A DNA stretch of 49,228 nucleotides from Chiloscyllium plagiosum (lineage: Eukaryota). The notes beneath the pieces are model-generated. The model made no database searches, was not told where the DNA came from, and saw nothing but the letters and a program-made list of their open reading frames with translations. The DNA lies in the NCBI RefSeq assembly GCF_004010195.1, contig NC_057754.1, positions 10,748,344-10,797,571 on the forward strand, in the 5' to 3' direction. This document shows, piece by piece, positions 11,894 through 24,735 of this stretch (position 1 is its first letter; each line of letters opens with the position of its first letter). A program made the translations under genes and the position numbers.

Positions 11894-12082
11894 GGGCGAC
11901 ACGGTGGCACAGTGGTTAGCACTGCCGCCTCACAGCGCCAGACGACCCGCGTTCAATTCCCGACCTCGGGCAACTGTCGGTGAGGTCAGTTTGCACATTC
12001 TCCCCGTGTCTGGGTGGGTTGCTCTTCGGTGTGGACCTGTTGGGCCGAAGGGCCTGTTTCCACACTGTGAGCGATCTAATCT
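11894..12082 (+). mobile_element. HE1-type SINE, internally deleted
   Basis: GGGCGACACGGTGGCACAGTGGTTAGCACTGCCGCCTCACAGCGCCAG head and GGGCCGAAGGGCCTGTTTCCACACTGT...TCTAATCT tail. Confidence 0.88.
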
Positions 12083-14199
12083 TTTAAAAAAGTGGGGTTT
12101 TGCGCACTGTAAGGCATTTTCGCTTAGCTATTTTTACTGATTACAGAGTTCATTGCGCTTAAATGGATGTAGAAAGGAGATGCAGAAACACAATTGCACC
12201 TGAATAATGATTGGGAGTGAGATTTTGCCCTAATTTCCCTTCCACTTTCGAACAGCTCTGCTCTGTTAATGTTTGTGCTGAAGCAACGTATATCGGCCTT
12301 GTGAGCGTATATCAAAGATTCGATATATGTGACGATCAACTTTGAGTTTGCGACTGACTAATTCATTTCCCAATACTTAAACGCGATGTGTTCATTTTAC
12401 TTTGAGACAATGTCTGGAGCTCGACGGACGTTCTCAGCCATTGAACCGTAAACTAGCCCAACAGCAACAACACCGATCTGTTTGCTTCGAACAATATAAT
12501 TAAGGTGCAAGGGCAGCAATTCGATATTTCCTTGGAGTATTACGTGAGGCATTAACGTCCAATCATTCAAGATTGTGCAGAGCTTGCTCTCAGCTGCGTA
12601 AAGAAATGAATGGAGCAGCAAAAGTTCTGTTGTTTGACATTTATTATGCAGCCCTTGCAGTTCTCCTGGTTCCAGGAAAAAAAGATGGCCGCCGATAGAT
12701 GCATAAAGTAACCTCTTCTCTAATTTTCTTACATCTCATCATTTCTCGGCTTGTTTATCAGGGTATTTCTGTCAGCACTGATGGTCTACCGCACTAACAA
12801 AATGCGTAATCCCTAGTCGCAAAACATCTCAATATTTTTTACCTTCAATGGTATTTCTGCTTTACAGCATATTTTATCTCCCTGTTATTCTATCTACATT
12901 TAAGAAGGAAATACTATATGGTCAGATTGGATTCAATCATGCCCATCAATTGTTTTCTCTTCCCCAGTACCACAGTGAATGAGACAGAGACAAGGAGCGG
13001 AATTTTAACTCACAATCTCCATCTCCCCATTACCCGGCCAGTGCAGTTTCAGGCAGTGACTTCCTGCTAATCTCTGAGAGCTGAGATCCTCCAAAACGCA
13101 CCAAGCCTCCCAATACACCAAGCACAGGCTTGGAAAAAAACGCAGCGCAATTATCATCCGCTCACCAAATCTTCAAATATCATTGATGCAATCCCTGACT
13201 GAGAGAGTCACAAATTAAAATTCGACAAACTTCCCAAGTAGGTCAGGTACCACATACCTTCACTCTGTCGAAAAGCTGATTGCTATGAATTGGAAAGGGC
13301 GCTCCATGACATTCACACGAGGCTGTGATTCGTGTTCCGTTGTTTGTCCATCAATTCAATGGACAATTTCACTGGGAATGCGACTGTCATTAGAAATAAA
13401 TCAATGTGTGGTGTTACTGGAAGATGGCGGGAGATCAGCATGAAGTCAGGTCATCATTCAGAGAGCCAAAGCAAATACGATGCGCGGAGTGCAACATTCT
13501 CCCACAATGCAATAATTCTGTAATTAAAAATCATTCTGGAAGGAAAGTCGTGTGCATATTGGAACTACTCTTGATTTGAAGTTTTCCCATGAGATTTATC
13601 CTTCTTATCCCTAGATAAGAAGGCAGAACATATTCATTGAGGATTACTTTTGGTACGTCTAAGAAAAGAGGAGGAGGCAGAGACAGGGAGACACGGAGTT
13701 TGGAAGAGAGGCCCATTCCAAGTAGCTGTCGAGGGATCTGGACAGTTGACGGAACTTGGGAGAGTGTCCTGCTTCACGCCTTCCTTAGCAGTGTCTAAGT
13801 AGCAGTGGAAAAAACGATTGGGACTAGCGTTGATAGATCTGCTATTTTGTAAGGCTTAATCCAGGAGTCGGAGGGATTGGCATATTTTCACTCAGAGCCG
13901 GAAAGGGCTGAACATTTGCCCGGAATGGCCGCCTGATAGAGGATCTAAGGAGGACACTGTTTCGGTTCGTTGGAGCTAAAATTCAAATTCCATCATTTTT
14001 CTTTTGCATACTTAACATTTGAAACATTTAAGGGAAGGGTAGACAGTTTTTTTTTCTTTCGAAGTTGTATTCCGAGCTGCTTCATATCGGCCTTATGATA
14101 CAAAATATAGGCATCAAACTTTCCCAGCACAGAGCGTCAGCAGCACCAATGTGCACAAACAAACGATGATTTGCGCGGTGTGGGTCTTTTTAGGTAAGT

Positions 14200-14411
14200 T
14201 GAAACTTTATTGCTGGAACAGCACAGCAGGTCAGGCAGCATCCAGGGAACAGGAGATTCGACGTTTCGGGCACAGGCCCTTCTTCAGAAGAAGGGCCTGT
14301 GCCCGAAACGTCGAATCTCCTGTTCCCTGGATGCTGCCTGACCTGCTGTGCTGTTCCAGCAATAAAGTTTCAACTTTGATCTCCAGCATCTGCAGACCTC
14401 ACTTTCTCCTC
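14200..14411. mobile_element. Young perfect fold-back PLE-derived element with hammerhead core
   Basis: Palindrome 14196-14376 (90-bp arms, 1-nt centre at 14286) plus tail; intact minus-strand core CTGAAGA-A-GGGC-CTGT-GCCC-GAAACGTC at 14260-14287; 16-bp TSD GTCTTTTTAGGTAAGT at 14184-14199 and 14412-14427. Confidence 0.93.
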
Positions 14412-14449
14412 GTCTTTTTAGGTAAGTATATATTCGCTAATTTTTAAGA

Positions 14450-15862
14450 TTCATTGATGGCAGTCAGTGGAGTGGTATGCTCCGTTTGTCGAATGTGACA
14501 AGTAAGGGAACATTTGACTGTCCCTGGAAACTATGCCTGTAAAGAAATATGTTTGGATGCGTCTCACATCAGACCGCTTGGATGGGCTGGAGAGGCAGTT
14601 GTAGTCACTGAGGAGAATACAGAAGGCTCGGAGTGTGATGGTTAGTAACTTTAGAGAGATGGTCATCCCACAGGTAGAGTCAGGTAGATGGGTGACTTTC
14701 AGGAGAGGTAGGAAGGTAGTGCAGGATACTCATATGACTATCCCTTTCTCAAGCAAGTACACAATTTCAGATAAGACAACTATGCATGGTGTTGCGCGGA
14801 AAGTACTAGCATGGATAAATGACTGATTAACTAATATAATGCAGAGGTTTGGTTAACTGGATATTTCTCTGGTTGGAGATCAGTGTTGCACGGTGTGCCA
14901 CAGAGGTCATGTTGGCCCTGCAACTTCCATGATTTAAATAAATGATTTGGAAGGGAGGTGTCATGTATCCAATATGGTGACGACACTAAATTGAGTGGAA
15001 AGGCAAACTGTGCAGAGGATGTGGAGTATCTGCTGAGATATTTAGATCGCTTTAGTAAGTGGGCAAAGGTCTGGCAGATGGAGTACAATGTTGATAAATA
15101 TGAGGTTATCCACATTCGAAGTAAGAAAATTGATCAGAGTATTATTTAAATGATAAACGATTGCGGCATGTTGATGTGCAGAGGGGCTAAGGAGTGTTCA
15201 GTGCAAATCACTGAAAGTCGATTTGCAGGTACAACATGTAGCCAGTAAGGCAAACGGAATATTGGCTTTCATTACCAGAGGGATGACTTTAAGAGCAGTG
15301 GGGTTCTGCTGCAATTGTACAAAGTATTAGTGAAGCTACACCTGCAGTATTGTGCGCATTTCTAGTCACCTTACTTGAGGAAGGACATATTGGCTTTGAA
15401 GGTGGTTTCAATCCGAACGGGTTACCCTATGAGGAGATTTTGAGCCACATGAGACTATACTCACTTGAATTTAGAATGAGAGGGGATCTTTTAGAAACAT
15501 ATAAAATTATGAAAGGGATAGAGAAAATAGAGGTGGTGAAGTTGTTTCTGCCGGTGGGGAGACTAGGACTAATGAACATGGTCTGAAGATTAGGGGTGGT
15601 AGATTTAGGACAGAGAAAAGGAAGAGCTACTTTTCCCAGAAGTAGTGAATCTATGGAGTTCTCTGCCCAAGAGACCAGTAGAATATTAAACATATTCAAG
15701 ACACAGTTGGATGGCTTTTTGTATGGTAGGGGAACTCCTACCATATGGTTATGGGGATAATGCTGGGAAGAGGAGTTTGGATGATGTTTAGATCAGCCCT
15801 AATCTTAATGAATAGTGGAGGAGGTTCGATGGGCCCAATGGCCTACTCCTGCTTCTATTACC
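14450..15862 (+). mobile_element. CR1 ORF1 remnant (about 14450-14770) followed by a CR1 ORF2 3' end
   Basis: ORF1-like GRWVTFRRGRKVVQ; ORF2 YGDDTKLSG, WAKVWQMEYNVDKYEVIH, LYSLEFRMRGDLLETYKI; 3' UTR GGCCTACTCCTGCTTCTA. Confidence 0.85.
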
Positions 15863-15869
15863 ATGATGG

Positions 15870-18790
15870 TATAAGTGGAGTTGGGGCAGCTCAGCCTCTC
15901 AGAGGACAATAGCAGTGTCATCCAGGTTTTGAGCACCTTAAATGAATCATCTGTTAAGAGGAGTTTGTCAAAGTAAATGGTGCCTTTGACATAGGGGATT
16001 CTGCAGGCAGGAGCACAGACAGGCGTTTCTGCAGTCATGAACGAGACTTCAAGATGCGATGTTGCTCCGTCATGCCAGGATTAAGGTTGGGAGATGAAGG
16101 TGATAGGTCAGGGAGGAGAAGGTGGAGTGGATAGGTGGAAAAGGAGCTAGGCAGGTCGGACAAATCCAGACACGTCAGGGGATCGTATTGCTGGAGGTTA
16201 GAAACTAGGATGAGGTGGGGAAGGGGAAATGAGGATAGCGGGTTTGTTTCAGCACATGGTTGAAGAGCTTCAGGGCTGAGAAAATGACCTGGGAGTTGCA
16301 GTGGGAGAGAGACTCCTGAGATTCTTGTAGAGAGAGGAGGAAAACTTCTTCAAGGCTCTTCCAGCACCACTGATCCAGAATCTTGCAGTAAAATGTCAAG
16401 GGGAGAGTGAGCACCGGAGGCCGTTGAATTCATTGGTGCCAAAGACATAGGTAGAGGAAAGGATGAGATTCTGTAGACTGATTATAGGAAATTGCGTGAG
16501 AGGTTAAAAGGCAGGCCCTCAAAGGCAGCAATCTCTGGATTGCTTCCTGTGCCACCTACTATTAACAGAATGAACAGGAAGATAGGACAGAGATGGTGCA
16601 GGAAGCAAGGATTCTCACTTTTTAATCATTTGTATCTCTTTTCGGGTAGCAAAAGCCTCTTCATAAAGATTGGGTTTCGCCTGAATGACAGGGGATATTC
16701 CTGGTGAGAAGATTTGCTAGAGCTACTCGGAGGGTGTTAAATGAGGGTGAAAGGGAAGGGTATAGAGAAAAAGCAGAATATGGTTCGGTAGGCAAAGAAA
16801 ACACGTTATGCGCACAGAGCAGGTAAGTGCATGGCAGATAATGAGGTGAGTCTGAGGATGTAAACTACATTTATTTCAATATAAGAAGCCTGACAGGTAA
16901 GTCAGAGGAACTCTGGACATGTGTAAAAACAGGATTGGAATACATTAGCTATTCCAGAGACATAGCTGTGGGTGGTGGGTGGATGTCTGTTGTTGCTGGT
17001 TCGATGTTTCAGTGCTCAGATACTACAGGAAGGTAAGAGAGGAAAAAGAATGGTGTTTTTGATTAAGGAAAAATACTGCTGCTGCACTTAGAGAAGATAT
17101 TTCTGGGCATCTTGTAGTGAAGCTATATAGTAGAACTGAGAAAAATGAAGGGTATGGTCACCTTGATAAGATTGTTAATAGCAGAGCACGTTGGGACGAG
17201 TGATTGTAATGTAATTAATTTAAAACCAGTATTTACTGTGAATGAGATGTCGAACGAGACAACTTCGGGAAAGAAATAATTATGTTTTGAAAACGGTCCA
17301 ATTTACTGAATCGGAGGTGCTAGAGATTTTAAAAAGGATGAAGATAGATACATCTCCGGAACCGATCAAGTGTGTGCAAGTAACTTGCGGGAATCTCGGG
17401 AAGAAATTGAGGGAATACGACAGAAATATTTAAATCATCCATAGCGATATGTGCGGTGCTGGATGACTGGAGTATGTCTAATAATCTACCTTTACTTAGC
17501 AAGTTTGCACGTAGAAGTCTGGGAACTATAGACCTGCGAGTCTGACATTACTGGAGGAGATTCTGAGGGACAGAATTGACATGCTTTCGGCGAGACAGGA
17601 AGTGATTAGGGACCGCCATCATACCTTTGTGCGTGGGAACTCGTGTTTTTAAAGTTTGTGACGAAAAAAATAGACGAGGGCAGTGCGATAGACGTTGTCG
17701 ATATGGACTTTAGCAAGGCCTTTGACAGGGTTCCACAGGGTATATGGGTCAGCAAAGTTACATCATCCGGGATTTGGGGAGAGCTTGCCAATTGACATCA
17801 AAATTGACTTGACGGTAGGAGACAGAGGGTGGTGATGGAGGGTTGTTTTTGAGACTAAAAGCCTGTGGCCAGTGTTGTTCCGTGGGGATTGGTGTTGGGA
17901 TCATTGTTGTTGGTCATTTATTTCAATGATTTGGATGATAGTTTACGAAGCACAGCACGGGTCACACCAAAATTAGTGGCATAACCGAGAGTGAAGTATA
18001 CAAATGGCAGCTAGAGCTTAACTTGGATAAAAATGCGAGGTGTTGCATTTTGCTAAGACATGCAAGGGCTGGGCGTACACAGACAATGGCCGGGCCCTGG
18101 GAATTGTTGTCACACAGAGAGACCCATCGATTCAGGTACATTCCTTGAAAGATGCATCACAGTTGGACAATGTGGATCAAAAGGCTTTAGGTACTCTTGC
18201 CTTTATTGCTCACACCTGTGAGTGTAGGGAGTTGAGACATGTTTCGAATGTACGGGATGTTGGTTAGGTCACTTTTGGAGTTCTGTGTAGAGTTTTGGTC
18301 TACTATTTTACAGTCTTGCTACAGGGAGGATGTTATTGAATTGGAAAAGGTGCAGAAAAGATTTAAAGAATGTTGCAAGGCTTGAGTTTTCAGGAGAAAC
18401 TGAAAGGCTAGACTTTTACACTGGATGGTAGAACGTTGAGATTTATAAATTCAAAATAAGGTTTAACAGCAAAGGTCTTTTCCATAGGGTAGGGAAGTCC
18501 AAAACTAGAGGGCATAAGTTTAAGGTGAGAGTGGAAAGATTTAAATGGGACTTGAAGGACACGCTTTTAACATAGATGTTCGTATGTGTAATGAACTATC
18601 AGGTGAAGTCATGGATACAGTCACTGTGACGTCATTTTAAAGACATTTTGACAGGTACATGGACAGAAAAGATTGAAAGTGATGTGGACGAAAAGCAAGC
18701 AAATGGAAGTGACCTTGTTTGGGAAACCTAGTCAGGATGGATGAGTTGGAATGAATGTCTCTTTTCGTGCAGTATGACACTATGACTAGA
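15870..18790 (+). mobile_element. Long degenerate CR1 (ORF1 esterase, endonuclease and RT remnants, 3' end)
   Basis: IGDS-like codons ATAGGGGATTCT near 15992, ISGLLPVP...WCRKQGF, endonuclease start TATTTCAATATAAGAAGCCTG, YMDFSKAFDRVP near 17700, tail TATGACACTATGACT. Confidence 0.85.
16085..16384 (-). mobile_element. Penelope-like element fragment with a short inverted terminus
   Basis: GATGAAGGTGATAGGT shared with 47899-47914; ends in CTCTTCCAGCACCACTGATCCAGAATC, the reverse complement of the arm at 4043-4070. Confidence 0.7.
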
Positions 18791-19540
18791 GGATCATCAC
18801 CTCACAAGTGCAGGAAAGATGGTTAGACAATTCATTACACTTGAATCGTTTATGCAATGTCAGAATGACTCTGCAGGATGCAATAAAACAGCCTGATTGT
18901 CAGCCGTATAACACTTTCCAGCATTACCTCTAAAGATGCTTTGCAACCTGTTACAAAACTTTTCTCTTCTAACTCATTTTCTCCCTGGATTCGGTCCTGA
19001 TTTTGAAGCTCTGATATAAAAGTTCCAATCTTACTGCAATTGTATTTGGAGTTTATTTAAAGTTCAAGCAAGGAAAAATAGAATTGCTTTGCGTAGACAT
19101 TTGGCTCTGGAACAATGCACCGCCCTTCCAAAGGGGAATTGGACCTAGGTCATAACATTGAGAGTGCCAAATTATAAGCACTAAATCATCAGTAAACATG
19201 ATTGAAAAGGACAACTCGTCCTATCGACCCACTGAGACCATCTGGTATTTTGCGCATTTCCTATAGTTTTGGCAGAGACAGGTTTATCCTGCGAAGTGAT
19301 CATAGAGAGCCAGGAGAAAAAGATTGAAACCAGGACCTTGTAGGTGGCAATCTCCAGATTACTTCCAGTGCCACATGCTCGTGAGGGTAAAGGCATAGCT
19401 GATCGATGCGTGAGTAAAGAATTAATGCAAGGAGCAGGGAATCAGATTTTTAGATCATTGGGATCTTTTCTGGGGTAGAGGTGACCTGTTTAAGAGGGAT
19501 GGGTTACATCTGAACTGGAGGTAGACCAATAACCTTTTTA

Positions 19541-19686
19541 AGATTAGATTACTTACAGTGTGGAAACAGGCCCTTCGGCCCAACAAGTCCACACCGACCC
19601 TCCTAAGAGCAACCCACCCAGACCCATTCCCCGGGTCTCTGGCGCTGTGAGGCAGCAATGCTAACCACTGTGCCACCATGCCGCCC
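19541..19686 (-). mobile_element. HE1-type SINE, internally deleted, inside CR1 ORF1
   Basis: AGATTAGATT tail and CTAACCACTGTGCCACCATGCCGCCC head (reverse complement). Confidence 0.88.
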
Positions 19687-20028
19687 ATACTTGGCGGGCC
19701 AGATTCGCTAATGCGATAAGGGAGCGTTTAAACTAGAGGGGCGGCGGCGGGATCCTCAACAGCAGAGACCAGAGCGCGAGGCTGGAAGGGGATACAGTAA
19801 TCAGAAATAATAAAGCGAAGGGACAGGTCAGGGTGGAGCACGACTGGTAGCAAGGAATGCTGGTTGGGGTAAATTGTACCTATTTTAATTCCAAAGGACT
19901 ACAGGTAAGGCCGATGGACTCAGGGCATGAATAAATACGTGGGACTGAGACATTATAGCGATTACAGGAACATGGTTCAGGGAGGGACAGGACTGGCAGT
20001 TTGATGTACCGGGGTGCAAGTGCTTTAG

Positions 20029-20119
20029 AGTTGAGAGTGTGTTGCTGGAAAAGCACAGCAGGTCAGGCACATCGGAGAAGCAGGAAAAATGACGTTTTGG
20101 GCCGGAGCCTTTTATCAGG
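20029..20119 (-). mobile_element. Single-arm PLE-derived element with decayed hammerhead core
   Basis: Family arm TGCTGGAAAAGCACAGCAGGTCAGGCA...GACGTTTTGGGCCGGAGCCTTTTATCAG; 11-bp TSD AAGTGCTTTAG at 20018-20028 and 20120-20130. Confidence 0.82.
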
Positions 20120-20586
20120 AAGTGCTTTAGGATGAACAGAAGTGTTGGAAAGAGGGAAGGGGAAGTTGCATTTTTGGTTAAGGTGAGTATCACAGCAGTA
20201 ATCAGAAATGAAGTAACTGAATAATCATCTATTGCGGCTTTGTGGGTGGAGCTAAGAAATAAGAAGGAGATGGTGACGTTATTGGGGTCATACTATAGGC
20301 CTCCAAATAGTAAACAAGAACTAGAGGAACAAATATGCAGGAAGACTGGGGAGACTTACAGGAGCAATAAGGTTGTCATTGTAGTGGTTTTTATTATTCC
20401 TAGCATAGACCTGGACTTCCATAGCGCCAAGGCCTTAGTAGATGGGGTGGAATTTGTTAAGTGCGTTCAGGAAAGTTTTGAGAAGCGGTATATAGAGAGT
20501 CCTACTTGGGAAGTGGCAAAACTCGACCCACTCTGAGGAAATAGGGCAGGACAGATAAATGAGGTTACAGTGGGGAACAGTGACCA

Positions 20587-21000
20587 ATTATAAAATAGTT
20601 ATGGAGAGGACAAATCTGGTCCACAGGTTCAAATTCTAAATTGTGGCAGGGCGAATTTTGCTGAAATTAGTCAGGAGTTTGAAGGGGTTCATTTGCAGCA
20701 AAGGAACCTCGAACAAATGGTCAGCATTTAAAAGTCAGATAGCTAACACACTCTCTCATTGTTACAAACCCTTTAGCTCACATTCATTTATACATTATAA
20801 AATAGTTATGGAGAGGACAAATCTGGTCCACAGGTTCAAATTCTAAATTGTGGCAGGGCGAATTTTGCTGAAATTAGTCAGGAGTTTGCAGGGGTTCATT
20901 TGCAGCAAAGGAACCTCTAACAAATGGTCGGCATTTAAAAGTCAGATAGCTAACACACTCTCTCATTGTTACAAACTCTTTAGCTCACATTCATTTATAC
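20587..21000 (+). repeat. 207-bp tandem duplication
   Basis: 20587-20793 and 20794-21000, about 4 mismatches; ORFs at 20643 and 20850 have near-identical N-termini. Confidence 0.95.
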
Positions 21001-21392
21001 GTACACCCCATCTCACACACAAATATGCAAATATGTCCTCTCAGTCACCCTTGCACACTGCCAAACTCACTCTTAGACAAAATCTCCTGCACACTTACAC
21101 TCTCTTGCTCTCTCATTCACACACAGTCTCCCGCTTGCCCTCTCTAATGCTGACACATTTTCTCACACCTTCACTGTTACATATCAAGGTCATTCTCAGA
21201 CAAACTCTCATTCAAACATACGCACATTCGCCCGTAAACCCACAATCACTCTCTCTCACTCATTCACACTCTGTCTCTTGCAGTCGCACATCCTCTACAA
21301 CACTAACGTATTTTGTCACTCACATACATGCATACAGTGAAATTCACACTCAACCAACTCTCATTCAAGCACTCATATACTAAACCGTCTCA
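21000..21392. repeat. Degenerate CA/CT-rich low-complexity tract
   Basis: Decayed (CA)n/(CT)n units, G-poor on the plus strand. Confidence 0.8.
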
Positions 21393-22500
21393 CTGATTAC
21401 TGAGGTGACAGTGGTGTTGAACTTTAGGACCAGTGATCAATTTTAAAATAATTATGGAGAGGGAAACATCTGGTCCACATGTTCAAATTCTAAGTTGTAG
21501 CACAACGAAGTTTGGTGGAATCAGACAGGAGCTTGCAGGGGTTCGTTTGCAGGCAAAGGAACCTCTGGCAAATGGTAGGCATTTAAAAGTCAGATAGCTA
21601 GAGATCAAGGTCTACATGTTCCAGTGAAGGTGAAAAGCAGCATTGACAGGAAGACGGAAGCCTGGATGACAAGAGATACTGAGGCTTTGACCAGAAAAAC
21701 GAAGGAGGTATGGTTCATGTGCAGGCAACTGGGATCAAGGGAATCCCTGTTGATATATAAGAGATATAAGTGTTTACAAAAGAAGGAATCAGGAGGGCAA
21801 AAATGGGACGCTAGATAGTCTTGGCTGAGAAGATTAAGGTGAATGCTAGGAGGTTCTTTAAGTATATTAAAGGACAAAGAATAACAAGAGAGACAATAGG
21901 ACTTCTCATGGACCAAAGTGGACATGCAAGTGAAGAACTGAAGGAAATGGGCGATGTCCTCAATGAATATTTCTCCTCTGCATTTACCGTGGAGAAAGAC
22001 ATGAAGACTTGGGAATTTGGAGAAATTTAGTGGTCACATCTTGGGGACAGTACATATCACAGTAGAGGAGGTGTGGAATGTATTAGAATGTTTGAAGGTG
22101 GATAAATATCCTCCTCCTGACCAGTTATATCCCAGAACACTGAAAGAGGCGAGAGAAGAAATTGCAGGGCCCCTGGCTGATATTTTTGATTCATTGTTAG
22201 CCATTGGTGAGGTCCCAGGAGACTGGAGGGTAGCGAATGATGTGCCCTTATTCAACAAGAGCTGCAAAGAAAAACTGGGAACTATAGACCAGTTCAAGCC
22301 AAACATCTGTCGTAGGTAATTTACTTGAGAAGATTCTGAGAGATAAGATATACATGCAATTGGAAAGACAGGGGTGTTTCAGAATAGTCTGCATGGCTTT
22401 GTGCATGAGAGATCATGCCTCACAAATTTGTCAGAGTTCTTTGATGAAGTGATCAGGAACGTTGATAAGGGCAGAGCGGGATACATATTCTATATGGATT

Positions 22501-23165
22501 TGTTATGGACCAGGCCAGACTCCTTCAAAACATTTCAAGAAAGTAGCCCAGACCCTAACTTTGCTCGTTGTTTTTAGCAGGTGTAATGCAGATAATCCAG
22601 GAGAGATGCAGTTAGTCAAACCATGTCGTTTTGAACAAAGCAAAATTTATTTACAAGATTACCGAATGAAACACAAACAGAAGAACAGAATTCGGAATAT
22701 CTTAACCAATCTGAAAACTCAACAAATCATCCCAGCTTATTGATGCTGTTTCAAATGCTCGCAATAATCCCCATGCACACACCTTGGCACAAAAGGTGAA
22801 ATCAGACACAGGGTCTTACAAGAGAGATGTCAGAGAGAGAGAGAGAGAGAGAGGGATCAGCCTGGACCTGCTTCTTTCGGTCCAGCAGCAATTACAACGG
22901 CCTGAGTGCTTTTACTGAAGAGCTAGACTCGTAAAAAACAAACCAAACCATAGAAAAGCTGAGCTGGGAGAACTGGCCACTCCCCTTTCATTGTACAATT
23001 ATTTTTACAAAAAACTTGAAAACGTTTATCCTGAGGCAGTATCTGTTAGCTATCATCAAATTAGCCTGAAAACAAACCCAGGCCCAGACGTTTCTGAACC
23101 TGTGTTCTTTACAACCACCTGAACAAAAAAAAAGGACAACATAAATTTGGAGCATCATCATCACA
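22501..23165 (-). mobile_element. Solo LTR (TG...CA) inserted in the CR1 RT
   Basis: Splits the CR1 YMD|FSKAF codons; ends TGTTATG...CATCACA; approximate 4-bp TSD GATT/GGTT; TTTATT near 22646 would be AATAAA on minus, so strand is tentative. Confidence 0.75.
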
Positions 23166-24061
23166 GGTTTCAGTAAGGCCTTTAATAAGTTTCCATATGG
23201 TAGACTGCTCTGGAAGGTTACATCACATGGAATCCGGGGGAGCTGGCAAAATGGATGTGCAATTGCCTTGATGATAAGAAACAGAGTGTAATAGTGGAAG
23301 GATGCTAGATGGATTAGAGGCCTCTGACTAGTGGAATGCCTCAGGTGTCCGTGCTGGGTCCATTGCTGTTTGTTATCTATATCAATGATTTGGATGAGAA
23401 TGATTAGTAAGGCATGATTAGTAAGTTTGCAGATTAGATATCATGGACAGCGAGAAAGGTTATCAGGAATTGCAGCAGGACATTGATCAGCTGGGATGGT
23501 GAGTCAAGAATTGGCATATGGAGTTTAATATTGAGAAGTGTGTGGCCTTGCATTTTAGCAAATCAAGTCAAGGTAGGAGTTTCATGGTGAATGGTTGGGC
23601 CTTAATGAGTGTAGTGGAACAGAGGGTCATTGGCGTTCAGGCAGACTGTTCTCTGAAAGTGAATTTACAGGTAGATCAGGTAATGAAGATGACATTTGGA
23701 CAAATACATGTTAAAGAGAGGTGTAGAAGGATATGGGCCATGTGTAGGTAAATGTGGTTAGCGTGGATAGGTATTTTGGTCAGCATGGTCCAGTTTGGGA
23801 CAGAAAGAATGTCTCTGCACTGTATGATTCTATGGCTCAATAAGACGAGGCATTGAATTGGAACCAAAGCAGTTGCCTCAGCATGTACAACAGCTATTGT
23901 TGTTCGTTGTAACATGATCCATTCTTCTCATTCAGGACAGTTTGTCAAACCCACACTCTCTGTCTGAGCTGTAGCTGGCATTCCCTGAGAACTCTCTGAT
24001 TTAAATATTGTGTGACATAATGCCCTGAGAAACTGTCTTGGGTTGTTTCATGGGATTAACG

Positions 24062-24735
24062 AGTTTTGAGAAGATTTGTAGTTCAGGTTGAGGTTCTGGA
24101 CATAGGTTTGCTCACTAAGCTGGAAGGTTCATTTTCAGACGTTTTGTCACTATACTAGCTAACATCATCAGTGAGCCTCCGAATGAAGCACCTGGTGTAG
24201 ACCACTTTCTATTTATATGTTTGAGTTTCCCCTACGTTGGTGATATCATTTCCTGTGGCGACGCTATTTCATATGGTGGCGATATTCCTGTTCTTTTTAT
24301 CAGGGGGTGGCAAATGGGATCCAAGTCAATGTGTTTGTTGATAGAGTTCCAGTTGGAATGTCATGCTTCTAGTAATTATCATGCTTGTCTCTGTTTGGCT
24401 TGTCTTAGGATGGATGTGCTGTCCCTGTCTAAGTGGTGTCCTTCCTTATCTCTATGTAAGGATACTAATGAGAGGGAGTCATATTGGTGTGTGGCTATTT
24501 GATGTTCATGTATCCTGGTGGCTAGCTTTCTGTCTGTTTGTTCCAGGTCTTGGAAGTTATTTTGTAAATGACATTAGTTTTGCTTGTTTTCTGTATCGAT
24601 CCTTAGCTGCTGTTTTAGTGTGTTGGTGGGTTTGTGGGCTACCATGATGCCAAGGTGTCCGAGCAGTCTGGCAGTCGTTTCTGAGATGTCTTTGGAGATT
24701 GGCTAGGGTTTCTGGACGTATTTTGCCTACTTGTT
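24062..24735 (-). mobile_element. Penelope-like element 3' part (GIY-YIG region and terminal repeat), degenerate
   Basis: Colinear with 29620-30040; decayed core CTGATGATGTTAGCTAGTATAGTGACAAAACGTC on minus at about 24138-24171. Confidence 0.82.

Larger units (their letters stand above)
19250..23835 (+). mobile_element. Near full-length but disrupted CR1 (esterase ORF1, APE endonuclease, RT) with nested insertions
   Basis: ORF1 ...KRDGLHLNW...; endonuclease IAITGTW, LLGSYYRPPNS; RT FFKYIKGQR, LNEYFSSAFT, YPRTLKEAREEIAGPL, HGFVHERSCLTNLSEFF, MEFNIEKC; tail CTGTATGATTCTATG. Confidence 0.9.

Noticed and set aside
12680..13435. YY1-like AAGATGGC[CG]G motifs near 12682 and 13421 as a promoter
   Set aside because: Short motifs with no linked ORF or exon structure that I could support.
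20850..21383. 177-aa ORF
   Set aside because: CR1 off-frame sequence running into a CA-rich low-complexity tract.
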